A program made the position numbers and the translations under genes. Of a DNA stretch of 64,000 nt, positions 55,523-64,000 are shown piece by piece. The notes below the pieces were generated by a model. It was given only the letters and a program-made list of their open reading frames with translations, did no database searches and was not told where the DNA came from. The stretch's first letter is position 1, and every line of letters begins with the position of its first letter. This DNA is from Verrucomicrobiota bacterium (GTDB lineage: Bacteria; Verrucomicrobiota; Verrucomicrobiia; Verrucomicrobiales; Akkermansiaceae): NCBI GenBank assembly GCA_041179105.1, contig JBEGUC010000003.1, forward strand, positions 1,732 to 65,731, in the 5' to 3' direction.

Positions 55523-57748
55523 TCACAGCGCGCCCCGCTCGGCACGCTTGAGGAGAAGTTCATAGCGTTTTTCCAGCATCGCGGCGCGTTGCTCGTCACC
55601 CGTAGCGCGGTAGTAGCTGCAGATCATTTGTTGAATCGAGGCTTCCGTCTTGGCACGGAACCAATCCTTAGTCCCGGTTTCTACAACACGCTTGAACGCT
55701 AACTCGATATCGCGGACGGCTTTTTTGGCGAGTTCGGGATCCTCTTTGAGGTAACCAAAGTAATCTTCAGCCATCATTTTGAATCCCGTGATGCTGCCGC
55801 CGTATTTTCGCAGGGCACTATCATAGAGCTTGCTGATCTCGTTCTTCGCCTGCGGACCGCCACGTTTGAAGATTAGGTCGGCCTCGCGCTTGAGCGACTC
55901 TGCGATGAGATCTTTTTGTTCGCCGGAATTCCTCTCGATCCTGCGGCGTTCACGTCCGAGTGTCCCTGAAGCATCGCCCTCATCGCCATAGGGGAAGATA
56001 TATTCGCTCTCCGCGTTTGCTGCCAGCGCGGCCATCCGTGGGTTATTCTTGAACTCCTGGCGCATCGCTTTGGCAAATGACTTCCATTCCTCTAGATTGC
56101 TAGGTTTTTCCGGATCGCCGGTGAGTTTCATTTGCTTCTGAAGCAACGCATACAAAGCCGCCCAAGTCTCGGTGAACGAGGGGCCGAGTTGATTCGCAAG
56201 CCGCACGGTCCCGGCGTGATGCGCGTCCTTGCCGGTGGTCTGAAAGTAGTCAGCTAACCACAGATGGCGCATTACCGATAGAGTCTTCACCGGACTCTGT
56301 TGGGCGCGGTCGCTCCAATGCTGGATCTCTTGCTCCGTGATGGAAGCACCGGTCTGCGGGTGATCGGCCATCCCCTTGGAGACTCCGCCGACTCGACCGA
56401 CGCCGGTGCTCCACTCCTTCGCATCAACTTTAATCCCCACCCAAGCGTGGCCACCGAGATCGGTTTCCCCAGTTAAAATCATGGCAGGAATCCCTTGGGC
56501 GCGCGCTGTATTGGCGCAGAAATAAGATTGGTCACCGCAGATGCCGCCTTCCTTGAGAATCTCTGAAAATGAATATTCCTTGTAAGGATTGAGACCTTTA
56601 ACGGCGCGTTCCATGAGGTATTCAATCATGCCATAAGCACTCCCCCAGTTTTTGCGGCTAATATGCATTTTGTCCAGCGACCAGTCCAGCTCGGAGGTGG
56701 AAACCGGCGCGCAAACGACCCAGACTAAGTCACGCGCGGAACTGTGATGCACTGGCGCGGCCAACTGGCCTTTCTCGTTCTTCTCGATGAACCACATGTA
56801 GCGTGGCAAGGGCTCTACGGCGACTTGCCCGGAGTAGGGCCCGGCGACAGGATTGGAAATCGCAATCTCCCGGTCGAACACCACGGCGCAGGCCAGCGCG
56901 AGTGGAAAATATTTTTCCATCATCCCGGTGGTGTTAGACCAGGCGTCGATGAGGAATTTCAAGACCTTGGCACCGTCATCCTCGGGTTTGATGGTCAGCA
57001 GGAATTCCTCCATCGCCTGGGTGTTATAACAAAGCCAGGTGAGCATCTCGCCGGAGTAGGTGTCGGTGACGTGCTCTGTGATTTCCTTCTCTGAGAGGCG
57101 GCCAAGCAGTTGCCAGCGCAGTAAGGCTTGGTAGAAAACCGGTTCTTTCCAGACCGCGTCGAACCGATTCAATTCTTGGTCCTTCGCCAGCAACCCCATC
57201 CCGGGATCGATGGACTTCGCGAGCAGTCTGCGGTAGGCATCCCATGCCTTGCCCTCGATGGCCCGCCTGAAGAGATCCTTGTCGCGTAGGAGCGCGTTTT
57301 CCCGCCGGGAATCCAGACCGGTGAGAACGAGGCAAGGCTCCTTTTCCAGTTGCTCGGCCACGGTTGCATCTGAGACGACGGCTTCTTGGGGCGCGGAAGG
57401 CGTGATCTGCGCTGGAATGATCGCTTCGGGCAGCACTTTCGCGGTTTCAGGAATCACCTGTTCTCCCACTTGCGGCGGAGTTGTCGTTTCAACTTTGTTA
57501 GCGAGTTTCGGTGTCGTTTCTTCAGGCACCGCAGCAGCCGGTGCTTGTGGCGCTTGGCGCGATACTACCAAGGCCACGAAAACCGCGCCGATGATAACCA
57601 CGCCGATGACTATCGATCGCCAATGGCTCGGCTTTTTCTTCCTGCGCTGCGACTGGATCGTCCTCGATTGACTGCGAACCACCGGAATCGGGGTCGGGCG
57701 TTTGGCCGGAACGGACGGTTTCTCAACCGAATGAAAATCTCGCTTCAT
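55523..57748 (-). CDS. Membrane-anchored protein with transglutaminase-like (Cys-His) domain
   Basis: N-terminal basic stretch plus one TM and a Pro/Glu linker; GGICGDQ...A.A.GIPA......GHAWV. Confidence 0.65.
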   Translation of the reverse strand: MKRDFHSVEKPSVPAKRPTPIPVVRSQSRTIQSQRRKKKPSHWRSIVIGVVIIGAVFVALVVSRQAPQAPAAAVPEETTPKLANKVETTTPPQVGEQVIPETAKVLPEAIIPAQITPSAPQEAVVSDATVAEQLEKEPCLVLTGLDSRRENALLRDKDLFRRAIEGKAWDAYRRLLAKSIDPGMGLLAKDQELNRFDAVWKEPVFYQALLRWQLLGRLSEKEITEHVTDTYSGEMLTWLCYNTQAMEEFLLTIKPEDDGAKVLKFLIDAWSNTTGMMEKYFPLALACAVVFDREIAISNPVAGPYSGQVAVEPLPRYMWFIEKNEKGQLAAPVHHSSARDLVWVVCAPVSTSELDWSLDKMHISRKNWGSAYGMIEYLMERAVKGLNPYKEYSFSEILKEGGICGDQSYFCANTARAQGIPAMILTGETDLGGHAWVGIKVDAKEWSTGVGRVGGVSKGMADHPQTGASITEQEIQHWSDRAQQSPVKTLSVMRHLWLADYFQTTGKDAHHAGTVRLANQLGPSFTETWAALYALLQKQMKLTGDPEKPSNLEEWKSFAKAMRQEFKNNPRMAALAANAESEYIFPYGDEGDASGTLGRERRRIERNSGEQKDLIAESLKREADLIFKRGGPQAKNEISKLYDSALRKYGGSITGFKMMAEDYFGYLKEDPELAKKAVRDIELAFKRVVETGTKDWFRAKTEASIQQMICSYYRATGDEQRAAMLEKRYELLLKRAERGAL

Positions 57749-58039
57749 GATAAGATCGGATAATGATGTTGCCGCCGTAGTTTGACGTCTTGCCCGTGAT
57801 AAATAGGGCCGAGTTAGCCATTATGCAATTCCGTTTACGCCAGGGATCGTTGGTTATTTCATCCAGTGGAAATTCTCAAATTGAGGGTTGTCATCCCACA
57901 GCGCATGAGGATAGTAAGCGTATCTTGATTAAAGCGATCAAAGTTTCGATGCCACGATTTGGCACTGCGGATGCTGGTGACGGGCCAGGATCTCCCTCCC
58001 TGCCACCCGTCAAAACATCCCGCAAAGTCACCCACAACG

Positions 58040-59572
58040 ATGATTCATCGCACCGAGGAAGGTCAGTCCGCATTGTTTGAAGAAATTCCAGAAAACGGAG
58101 GCGGCACCCGAAAGAAACGAGCGGGCGGCACTTCTTCCATTGCCAGCGATTTCGGCCTCACGGCGCCCTCGCAGGTGGTGAAAAACTACGTGCTCGACAC
58201 CAATGTCCTCCTCCACGACCCGGCGTCCCTTGAACGCTTCAAGGAAAACCACCTTTGCATCCTCGTCGATGTGCTGGCCGAGCTCGACAAATTCAAGTCC
58301 GAGCAAACCGAGCGGGGCGCCAACGCTCGCCGCGTTCACCGCCGCCTAACCGACATGTTTTCATCTTCGGAGCAAGTCACCCACGGCGTGACCACCGAAG
58401 GCGGCGGCACTGTGCGGCTCGTCATTTACGATCCAGCAAGCTGCCCGAAAAGCTCGGACCAGCTCAACCGCTTCCACCGGATTTTCCCCGACCGCGAGCG
58501 CGTCGATCACCGGATTCTAGCTGCCTGTCTGCTGCTCATGCAGTATAATAAGGCTCCCGTCGTCCTCGTCACCAAGGACATCAACATGCAGCTCAAGGCC
58601 CGCGCCGTCGGGATCGAATGCCAAGACTATCTCAACGACAAAGTTGATGCCCGCGAGGTTTCAAACTACGAGGTGCGTTGTGTCGAAGTCGATCCGAGCG
58701 AACTCCACCGCTTTGCCAGCACGGGTGATCTCCCGATCTCGGAAGACCGCATCCAAGGCGTGGCGGTGAACGAGTATGTTTTGTTAGGCGCAGGTGAGAA
58801 GCAAACGATCCCCGCCCGGCTCTCCGCAGATGGACGCTTCGTTCGACTCAATATCCCAGAGGTTTTAAAAATCCCCGACGGCCAGTCGCTCAAGCCGCTC
58901 AACCTCGGCCAGCGCTGCCTCATCGACGCGCTTCTCAATCCGGACATCTCCCTTGTCACCTGTTACGGTCACGCCGGCACCGGCAAGACTCTGGTCGCCG
59001 TCGCCGCCGGTCTGCACGAGATGTTTAACCGCAAATACAACGGCATCACCGTGAGTCGGCCCGTCGTTTCGATGGGCGATCAACTGGGTTTCCTGCCCGG
59101 CTCGCTCGACGAGAAAATGCGTCCCTGGCTCCAGCCGATCCATGACGCGCTCGACCTCCTGATGCGGCCCACCACGCCGCTAGGCCCGCGCCGTAAGCAA
59201 CAGAATCCGACAAGTTCCGCGCCAGCGACTATCAAAAAGCCTTACGAAATTCTCATGGAACAAGGTATTCTGGAAATCGAAGCGCTCTGTTATATCCGCG
59301 GCCGTTCGATTCCTAACCGCTTCTTCATCCTCGACGAGGCCCAACAGCTCACGCCGCAGGAAGCCAAGACCATCGTCACCCGCATGTCGCGCGACTCCAA
59401 GCTCGTGCTCGTCGGAGATCCCGCGCAGATCGACAATCCTTACGTGGACAGCCGGAGCAACGGACTCGTTTATACGCGGAACCGCCTCAAGGGCCAGCCC
59501 TTCGTCGCTCACGTCGCGCTGAACCGCGGCGAGCGCTCCGAGCTGGCGGAGGCCGGCGCGCAGTTGATGTGA
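58040..59572 (+). CDS. PIN-domain PhoH family protein (PhoH2/YlaK type)
   Basis: YVLDTNVLLHDP, ELD..K, D.RIL, LVTKD.N...KA (PIN domain); GHAGTGKT, GFLPG...EKM.PW, YIRGRS, DEAQ, GDP.QID (PhoH domain). Confidence 0.92.
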   Translation: MIHRTEEGQSALFEEIPENGGGTRKKRAGGTSSIASDFGLTAPSQVVKNYVLDTNVLLHDPASLERFKENHLCILVDVLAELDKFKSEQTERGANARRVHRRLTDMFSSSEQVTHGVTTEGGGTVRLVIYDPASCPKSSDQLNRFHRIFPDRERVDHRILAACLLLMQYNKAPVVLVTKDINMQLKARAVGIECQDYLNDKVDAREVSNYEVRCVEVDPSELHRFASTGDLPISEDRIQGVAVNEYVLLGAGEKQTIPARLSADGRFVRLNIPEVLKIPDGQSLKPLNLGQRCLIDALLNPDISLVTCYGHAGTGKTLVAVAAGLHEMFNRKYNGITVSRPVVSMGDQLGFLPGSLDEKMRPWLQPIHDALDLLMRPTTPLGPRRKQQNPTSSAPATIKKPYEILMEQGILEIEALCYIRGRSIPNRFFILDEAQQLTPQEAKTIVTRMSRDSKLVLVGDPAQIDNPYVDSRSNGLVYTRNRLKGQPFVAHVALNRGERSELAEAGAQLM

Positions 59573-59581
59573 CCGGCGCGA

Positions 59582-60883
59582 CTAAACGCCGCGAGAGGCG
59601 ATGGCGGCGAACTTGTCGTCGATGAACTTGAGGACGAGTTCCTCGACTTCGTCGTTCTTCAAGCGCTCGACGACATCCACGGAGAATCCGCGGGCGATGA
59701 GTTGGCGAGCGTTCACGGGATCGATGCCGCGGGCGCGGAGGTAGAAGATTTCCTCGTCGCTGATCTGAGAAGAAGTGCTGCCGTGCGAGCACTTCACTTG
59801 GTCGGCGTTGATTTCGAGGCCGGGCATCGAGTTGGCCTCGCAGGTGTCGCTCATGAGGAGATTGCGGCAGGTCTGATAGGCGTCGGTGTGGTGCGCGTTT
59901 TCATCCACGAAGATGAGCCCGGAGAAAATCGTGCGGGAGTTGTCATACAGCGAGTTTTTGTAGAGCAAGTCCGAGTAGGCGCCTTCGGATACGTGATGCT
60001 GGAAGGTGCGCTGGTCGTATTCTTGCTCGTAGGCGGGAATGGAAACCGAGAGCATGTCCGAGCGCGAGGCCGGGCCTTCGAGGCGTGAAAGCGTCTCGTT
60101 GCGCGCCCATGAAGCGCCGGTGTTGAGGATGAATCCGGTGGCCGAGGCATCGCGGAAGGCGGAGGTCTCATTGATCTGGATAACTCGCGTCACTTCGTTG
60201 AAGGCCTGGATCGCGATGTAATCGAGCTTCGAATTCTGACCGACGGATAGATCGTTGAAGGCGATGGCAAGGCCGGGTTGGACGTCGTCCGCCGAGCGGA
60301 AAATATCGACGACGCGGACTTTGGAGCTCTTGCCGGTGACGACCAGCGTGTGTGGGAAAATGACGGTGTTTTCTCCGACGATCCAGTGATGGACCTCGAT
60401 GGTTCCTTCGATTTCGACTTTGTCGGAAACATGGACGAACAAGCCGTTTGTCAGCGAGGCCTCGTGGAGCGCGGCGAATTTGGCGGAGCCGAGACGCGTT
60501 TCCTGCTTCATGAAATGTGCCTGCACTAGATCGCTGTGAGAGACGAGCGCCTCGGCGAGCGGCAGGCAGATAACGCCTTCAGGCAGGTGGGATTCCACGT
60601 GAACGAGCTCGTCGTTCACGAAAATCAACTTCGCAGCCGGCGCTGCGAGGCCGGTGGAGCGGGCGATTAAATCATTCGCACCGCTCACTGCATTTTTCTG
60701 AAAGTTAGAAAAATTGAGCTGCTTGATGCTGGAGAATCGCCAAGTTTCATCGCCGCGTTTCGGCGCGGGAGTGGCGAGAAAGCGCTGCCAAGCGGACTGC
60801 TGGCGGGCGGCAAACCAAGCGGGTAGATAAGCCGGGGTTTCAGGTGCGGAGTCGAGGAGAGATGGCATTTCGAGAGTGGTCAT
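59582..60883 (-). CDS. sufD: Fe-S cluster assembly protein SufD
   Basis: P....E.WRF, F.G.I.V, QTCRNLL, PGLEI.AD.VKCSHG, FYLRARGI. Confidence 0.95.
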   Translation of the reverse strand: MTTLEMPSLLDSAPETPAYLPAWFAARQQSAWQRFLATPAPKRGDETWRFSSIKQLNFSNFQKNAVSGANDLIARSTGLAAPAAKLIFVNDELVHVESHLPEGVICLPLAEALVSHSDLVQAHFMKQETRLGSAKFAALHEASLTNGLFVHVSDKVEIEGTIEVHHWIVGENTVIFPHTLVVTGKSSKVRVVDIFRSADDVQPGLAIAFNDLSVGQNSKLDYIAIQAFNEVTRVIQINETSAFRDASATGFILNTGASWARNETLSRLEGPASRSDMLSVSIPAYEQEYDQRTFQHHVSEGAYSDLLYKNSLYDNSRTIFSGLIFVDENAHHTDAYQTCRNLLMSDTCEANSMPGLEINADQVKCSHGSTSSQISDEEIFYLRARGIDPVNARQLIARGFSVDVVERLKNDEVEELVLKFIDDKFAAIASRGV

Positions 60884-60906
60884 TGGGGCGGGGAATGTTT
60901 TTTTTG

Positions 60907-62343
60907 TTAGCCTACTGAGCCTTCCATTTCCAGATCGATCAGGCGCTTGAGTTCGACGGAATATTCCATTGGGAACTCGCGGACGAGGTCGTTGATGAAG
61001 CCGTTGACCGCGAGTGACATGGCTTGACCTTGGTTGAGGCCGCGCTGTTGCATGTAGAAAAGCATGTCTTCGGAAACTTGACTCACCGACGCCTCGTGCT
61101 GCGTGGCGTGCTGATTTCCCTTCACGGTGATGGCCGGATAGGTGTCAGTGCGGCTGTGACTGTTGATGAGCAGGGCGTCGCACTCGGTGTTGTTTTTGCA
61201 ACCCTTGAGATGCTTCGGAATGAAGACTTGGCCGCGATAGGTGGATCGCCCTTCGCCGACGGAGATGGACTTGGAAACGACGTTGGAAGTCGTGTCATCG
61301 GCGGCGTGGATCATTTTTGCGCCGGTGTCCTGATGTTGGCCGGTGTTGGCGAGGGCGATGGAAATGACTTCGCCGCGGGCGCGCTTGCCCTTCATGACCA
61401 CGCCGGGGTATTTCATGGTTAGGCGGGAGCCGATATTGCAGTCGATCCACCTAACTTCCGCGTCTTCCATCGCGATGCCGCGCTTGGTGACGAGGTTGAA
61501 GACGTTGGACGACCAGTTTTGAACAGTCACGTATTGAATCTTCGCGCCCTTGAGTGCGACGAGTTCGACGACAGCGGAGTGCAGCGTGGCAGTCTCGAAT
61601 TTCGGCGCGGTGCAGCCTTCCATATACATCAGCTCCGCGCCTTCGTCTGCGATGATGAGCGTGCGCTCGAACTGGCCGAAGTTTTCCGAGTTGATACGGA
61701 AATAGGCTTGGAGCGGTTGCTTCAGCTTGAGGCCTTTTGGAATGTAGATGAACGAGCCTCCGGAGAAAACCGCGCTGTTGAGCGCGGAAAATTTGTTGTC
61801 GCCAGTCGGGATGACTTTGCCGAACCACGGCCGGAAAATTTCCTCGTGCTCCTTGAGTCCTTCTGCGGAGTTGCAGAAGATGACACCTTGTTTGGTGAGC
61901 TCTTCTTTCACGTTGGAGTAGGCGGCTTCCGAGTCGAATTGGGCTTCTACGCCGGCGAGGAATGCGCGTTCTTGTTGGGGAATGCCGAGGCGCTCGAAGG
62001 TTTCCAAAACGTCGGCAGGCACGTCGTCCCATGAGCGCTTGGGCTTCTCGCCGTCGGATAGATAATAGCGGATGACGTCGAAGTCGATGGCGTCCAAGTC
62101 CTTGGTCGCCCAGTTGGTGGGCATCGGCTTTTCCAAGAACGTCTTGAGCGCCTTGTGGCGGAACTCGCGGACCCAGTCCGGATCGTTCTTCACGTCGGAA
62201 ATGTAATCAACGGTCGCCGAGGTTAGGCCGCGGCCGGCGTCGAATTTATTGCGCTCCGGGAAGGTGAAGTCGCCCTTTGTGCGGTCGATGTCGATCGCCT
62301 CGCGGGTTTCATGGTCGAGAACGTCTGTGGTGTCGTAGGACAT
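60907..62343 (-). CDS. sufB: Fe-S cluster assembly protein SufB
   Basis: [63 protein letters not shown]. Confidence 0.98.
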   Translation of the reverse strand: MSYDTTDVLDHETREAIDIDRTKGDFTFPERNKFDAGRGLTSATVDYISDVKNDPDWVREFRHKALKTFLEKPMPTNWATKDLDAIDFDVIRYYLSDGEKPKRSWDDVPADVLETFERLGIPQQERAFLAGVEAQFDSEAAYSNVKEELTKQGVIFCNSAEGLKEHEEIFRPWFGKVIPTGDNKFSALNSAVFSGGSFIYIPKGLKLKQPLQAYFRINSENFGQFERTLIIADEGAELMYMEGCTAPKFETATLHSAVVELVALKGAKIQYVTVQNWSSNVFNLVTKRGIAMEDAEVRWIDCNIGSRLTMKYPGVVMKGKRARGEVISIALANTGQHQDTGAKMIHAADDTTSNVVSKSISVGEGRSTYRGQVFIPKHLKGCKNNTECDALLINSHSRTDTYPAITVKGNQHATQHEASVSQVSEDMLFYMQQRGLNQGQAMSLAVNGFINDLVREFPMEYSVELKRLIDLEMEGSVG

Positions 62344-62361
62344 GATGATGAATGTTAGTTC

Positions 62362-63114
62362 TCAGGCGAGGGCTGGCTCCTTGAGGAATTCGTAGCCGTC
62401 TTTTTCAAGTTCGTGGGCGAGCTCGGGACCGCCGGAGCGGACGATTCGGCCTTCCGCCATGACGTGGACGTGGTCCGGCTTGATGTAGTCGAGGAGGCGC
62501 TGATAGTGAGTGATCAGGAGCATTCCGCGATCCAGGGAGCGCATGGCGTTGACGCCCTTGGCGACGATCTTGAGAGCGTCGATGTCGAGGCCGGAGTCGG
62601 TTTCGTCGAGGATGCAGTATTCGGGTTCGAGCATCATCATTTGCAGGATCTCGTTGCGCTTCTTTTCGCCGCCGGAGAAACCTTCGTTCACGGCGCGGGC
62701 GGTGAATTTGCGGTCCATTTCCAGCAGATCCATTTTCGAATAGAGGTTCTTATAATAGGCGACCGCATCGATGTCCTCGCCCTTCGGCAAGCGGGCCTGG
62801 AGGGCAGCGCGGATGAAGTTGGCATTCGAGACGCCGGGAACTTCCGACGGGTATTGGAACGCCAAAAAAATGCCGCCGCGCGAGCGCTCGTCCACGGATT
62901 TGGTGAGGATTTCCTCGCCGTCCTGTGTTACGGAACCGGAAGTTACGACGTAGCTTTCATGACCGGCGATCACCTTGGAGAGGGTGGATTTTCCGGAGCC
63001 GTTAGGCCCCATGATGGCGTGGACTTCACCCTTCGGGATGTCGAGGGTGACGCCTTTGAGGATTTCGGTGCCGTCTTCGAGAGTGGCGTGTAGGTCTTGG
63101 ATGTGCAGGCTCAT
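62362..63114 (-). CDS. sufC: Fe-S cluster assembly ATPase SufC
   Basis: [49 protein letters not shown]. Confidence 0.98.
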   Translation of the reverse strand: MSLHIQDLHATLEDGTEILKGVTLDIPKGEVHAIMGPNGSGKSTLSKVIAGHESYVVTSGSVTQDGEEILTKSVDERSRGGIFLAFQYPSEVPGVSNANFIRAALQARLPKGEDIDAVAYYKNLYSKMDLLEMDRKFTARAVNEGFSGGEKKRNEILQMMMLEPEYCILDETDSGLDIDALKIVAKGVNAMRSLDRGMLLITHYQRLLDYIKPDHVHVMAEGRIVRSGGPELAHELEKDGYEFLKEPALA

Positions 63115-63153
63115 GTGTTGGAAAATTTGAGATCTAAGAGATGAAATTTGAGA

Positions 63154-63582
63154 TTAAATGCTGGCGAGTTTGCCGCGGAGGGTGATTTCGACGTCTTCGA
63201 TGACGGCTCCGGGCGGGAGGTTGAGGACGTCGGCGAGGTTGACGCCGGGTTTGAAGTCCACGTCGTGGATGACGCCGGTGGTCGCGTCGTGGAAATGGCC
63301 GTGCTCGCTGAGATTCGGGCAATAGCGCGATGATTCGCGCTCGAAATTCACCTGCCGGATGATGCCGTGTTGGACGAGCGCTTCGAGGCAGTTGTAAACG
63401 GTGGCCAGCGAGATATTCGGCAGGCGGTCCTTCACCCGCATGAACACCTCATTGGCGGTCGGGTGGTTTCGCTCCTGCTGGAGGAGGCGATAAACCTCGC
63501 GGCGCTGGGCCGTCATTCGCAAACCGGAGATCTCGTCGGGGATCTCAATGTCGGAGGAAATTTCTGGGGCTTTGCTGACCAT
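63154..63582 (-). CDS. Fur family transcriptional regulator (Irr-like)
   Basis: GLRMTAQR, HPTA, ISLATVYN.L, RYCPN...HGHF.D..TG.I.D; lacks the C-terminal CxxC pairs. Confidence 0.9.
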   Translation of the reverse strand: MVSKAPEISSDIEIPDEISGLRMTAQRREVYRLLQQERNHPTANEVFMRVKDRLPNISLATVYNCLEALVQHGIIRQVNFERESSRYCPNLSEHGHFHDATTGVIHDVDFKPGVNLADVLNLPPGAVIEDVEITLRGKLASI

Positions 63583-63592
63583 CGCGGCGGGA

Positions 63593-63641
63593 AACTAGAG
63601 GTGGGTCCGGCGATATCAAGAACTATTCCAATTATAATTGG
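63593..63641 (-). promoter_or_regulatory. fur-suf promoter with ICE-like box and 14-bp palindrome
   Basis: Minus strand TTGATA-N16-TAGTTT; TCAAGAACTATTCCAAT (63616-63632) matches TTTRGAAYNRTTCYAAA at 14/17; CCAATTATAATTGG perfect palindrome (63628-63641). Confidence 0.6.
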
Positions 63642-63795
63642 GGGGGATTTTCAGCCGGAAATCGCTTCTGTGGCTGCGGGCGGAAGCTGACGCCAAAAAG
63701 GCGCGGGCCGCGCTCGATCTGGAAACGTCCTTTCGTGAAGGTGGAGGCGCATCCTCCTCGTGTCTCTGGCCTGTTTTTTTAGCCAAAAAAAGGGG

Positions 63796-63825
63796 TTGCA
63801 TCCGGAGGCCGGCCCGTCCTAGTTT
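63796..63825 (+). promoter_or_regulatory. Putative tRNA promoter
   Basis: TTGCAT-N18-TAGTTT preceded by an A-tract and followed by a GC-rich discriminator. Confidence 0.5.
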
Positions 63826-63852
63826 CGCCCGCCCTTAGCGGGCGTCATCTTT

Positions 63853-63927
63853 GCGCGGTTAGCTCAGTGGTAGAGCACCTCCCTGACACGGAGGGGGTCA
63901 CTGGTTCGAACCCAGTATCGCGCACCA
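63853..63927 (+). tRNA. tRNA-Val (GAC)
   Basis: Acceptor stem GCGCGGT/ATCGCGC, D arm AGCTCAGTGGTAGAGC, anticodon arm CCTCC-CTGACAC-GGAGG, GGTTCGAACCC T arm, encoded CCA. Confidence 0.97.
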
Positions 63928-64000
63928 TTTCAAAGGCTTCTGTGCTAAATGCACTGTGTTAAATCGCCCGATTTGGCGGCCTGTTCGAGAATGTTCCCAA

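Noticed and set aside
57888-57906. Pho box upstream of the PIN-PhoH gene
   Set aside because: Only one good half-site (TTGTCAT); the second is poor, and PIN-PhoH proteins are not necessarily Pho-regulated
58040-59572. PIN toxin-antitoxin module
   Set aside because: The PIN domain is fused to a PhoH ATPase (a known family) and no upstream antitoxin ORF is supported

Overview
This is a GC-rich chromosomal segment of a Verrucomicrobium/Luteolibacter-like bacterium; the taxon is inferred from the complete Amuc_1102-1098-type pilus/secretin cluster and from protein styles. Most of it is housekeeping: birA, nadC, guaB-guaA, hisS, aspS, gatB, rph, proC, bamD, lptE, aroD, actP-like symporter, rarD, asnS, menC/menE, PIN-PhoH, fur-sufCBD and tRNA-Val(GAC). 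Five less ordinary elements stand out. (1) A GxxExxY PD-(D/E)XK nuclease-like gene sits between hisS and aspS inside a perfect 29-bp inverted repeat built of 10-nt tandem units; three gene-less hairpins with the same architecture but different unit sequences (7-9 nt) lie in other intergenic gaps, suggesting a family of small mobile cassettes. (2) A lower-GC Ser/Thr kinase-TM-PstS-like-OmpA fusion has a Pho-box-like site and a possible kinase remnant upstream. (3) A PilMN/O/P/Q-like cluster is followed by a ~1900-aa secreted protein with 11 FN3-like repeats, two of which carry nested Ca-binding-type inserts. (4) A coupled PilV/W/X-like pseudopilin trio is interrupted by an antisense gene and preceded by three AT-rich secreted-protein genes. 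(5) An Irr-like Fur protein with an ICE-like box heads sufCBD. All family calls come from motif recognition by eye; no searches were run, and several start codons were re-chosen from the ORF track.
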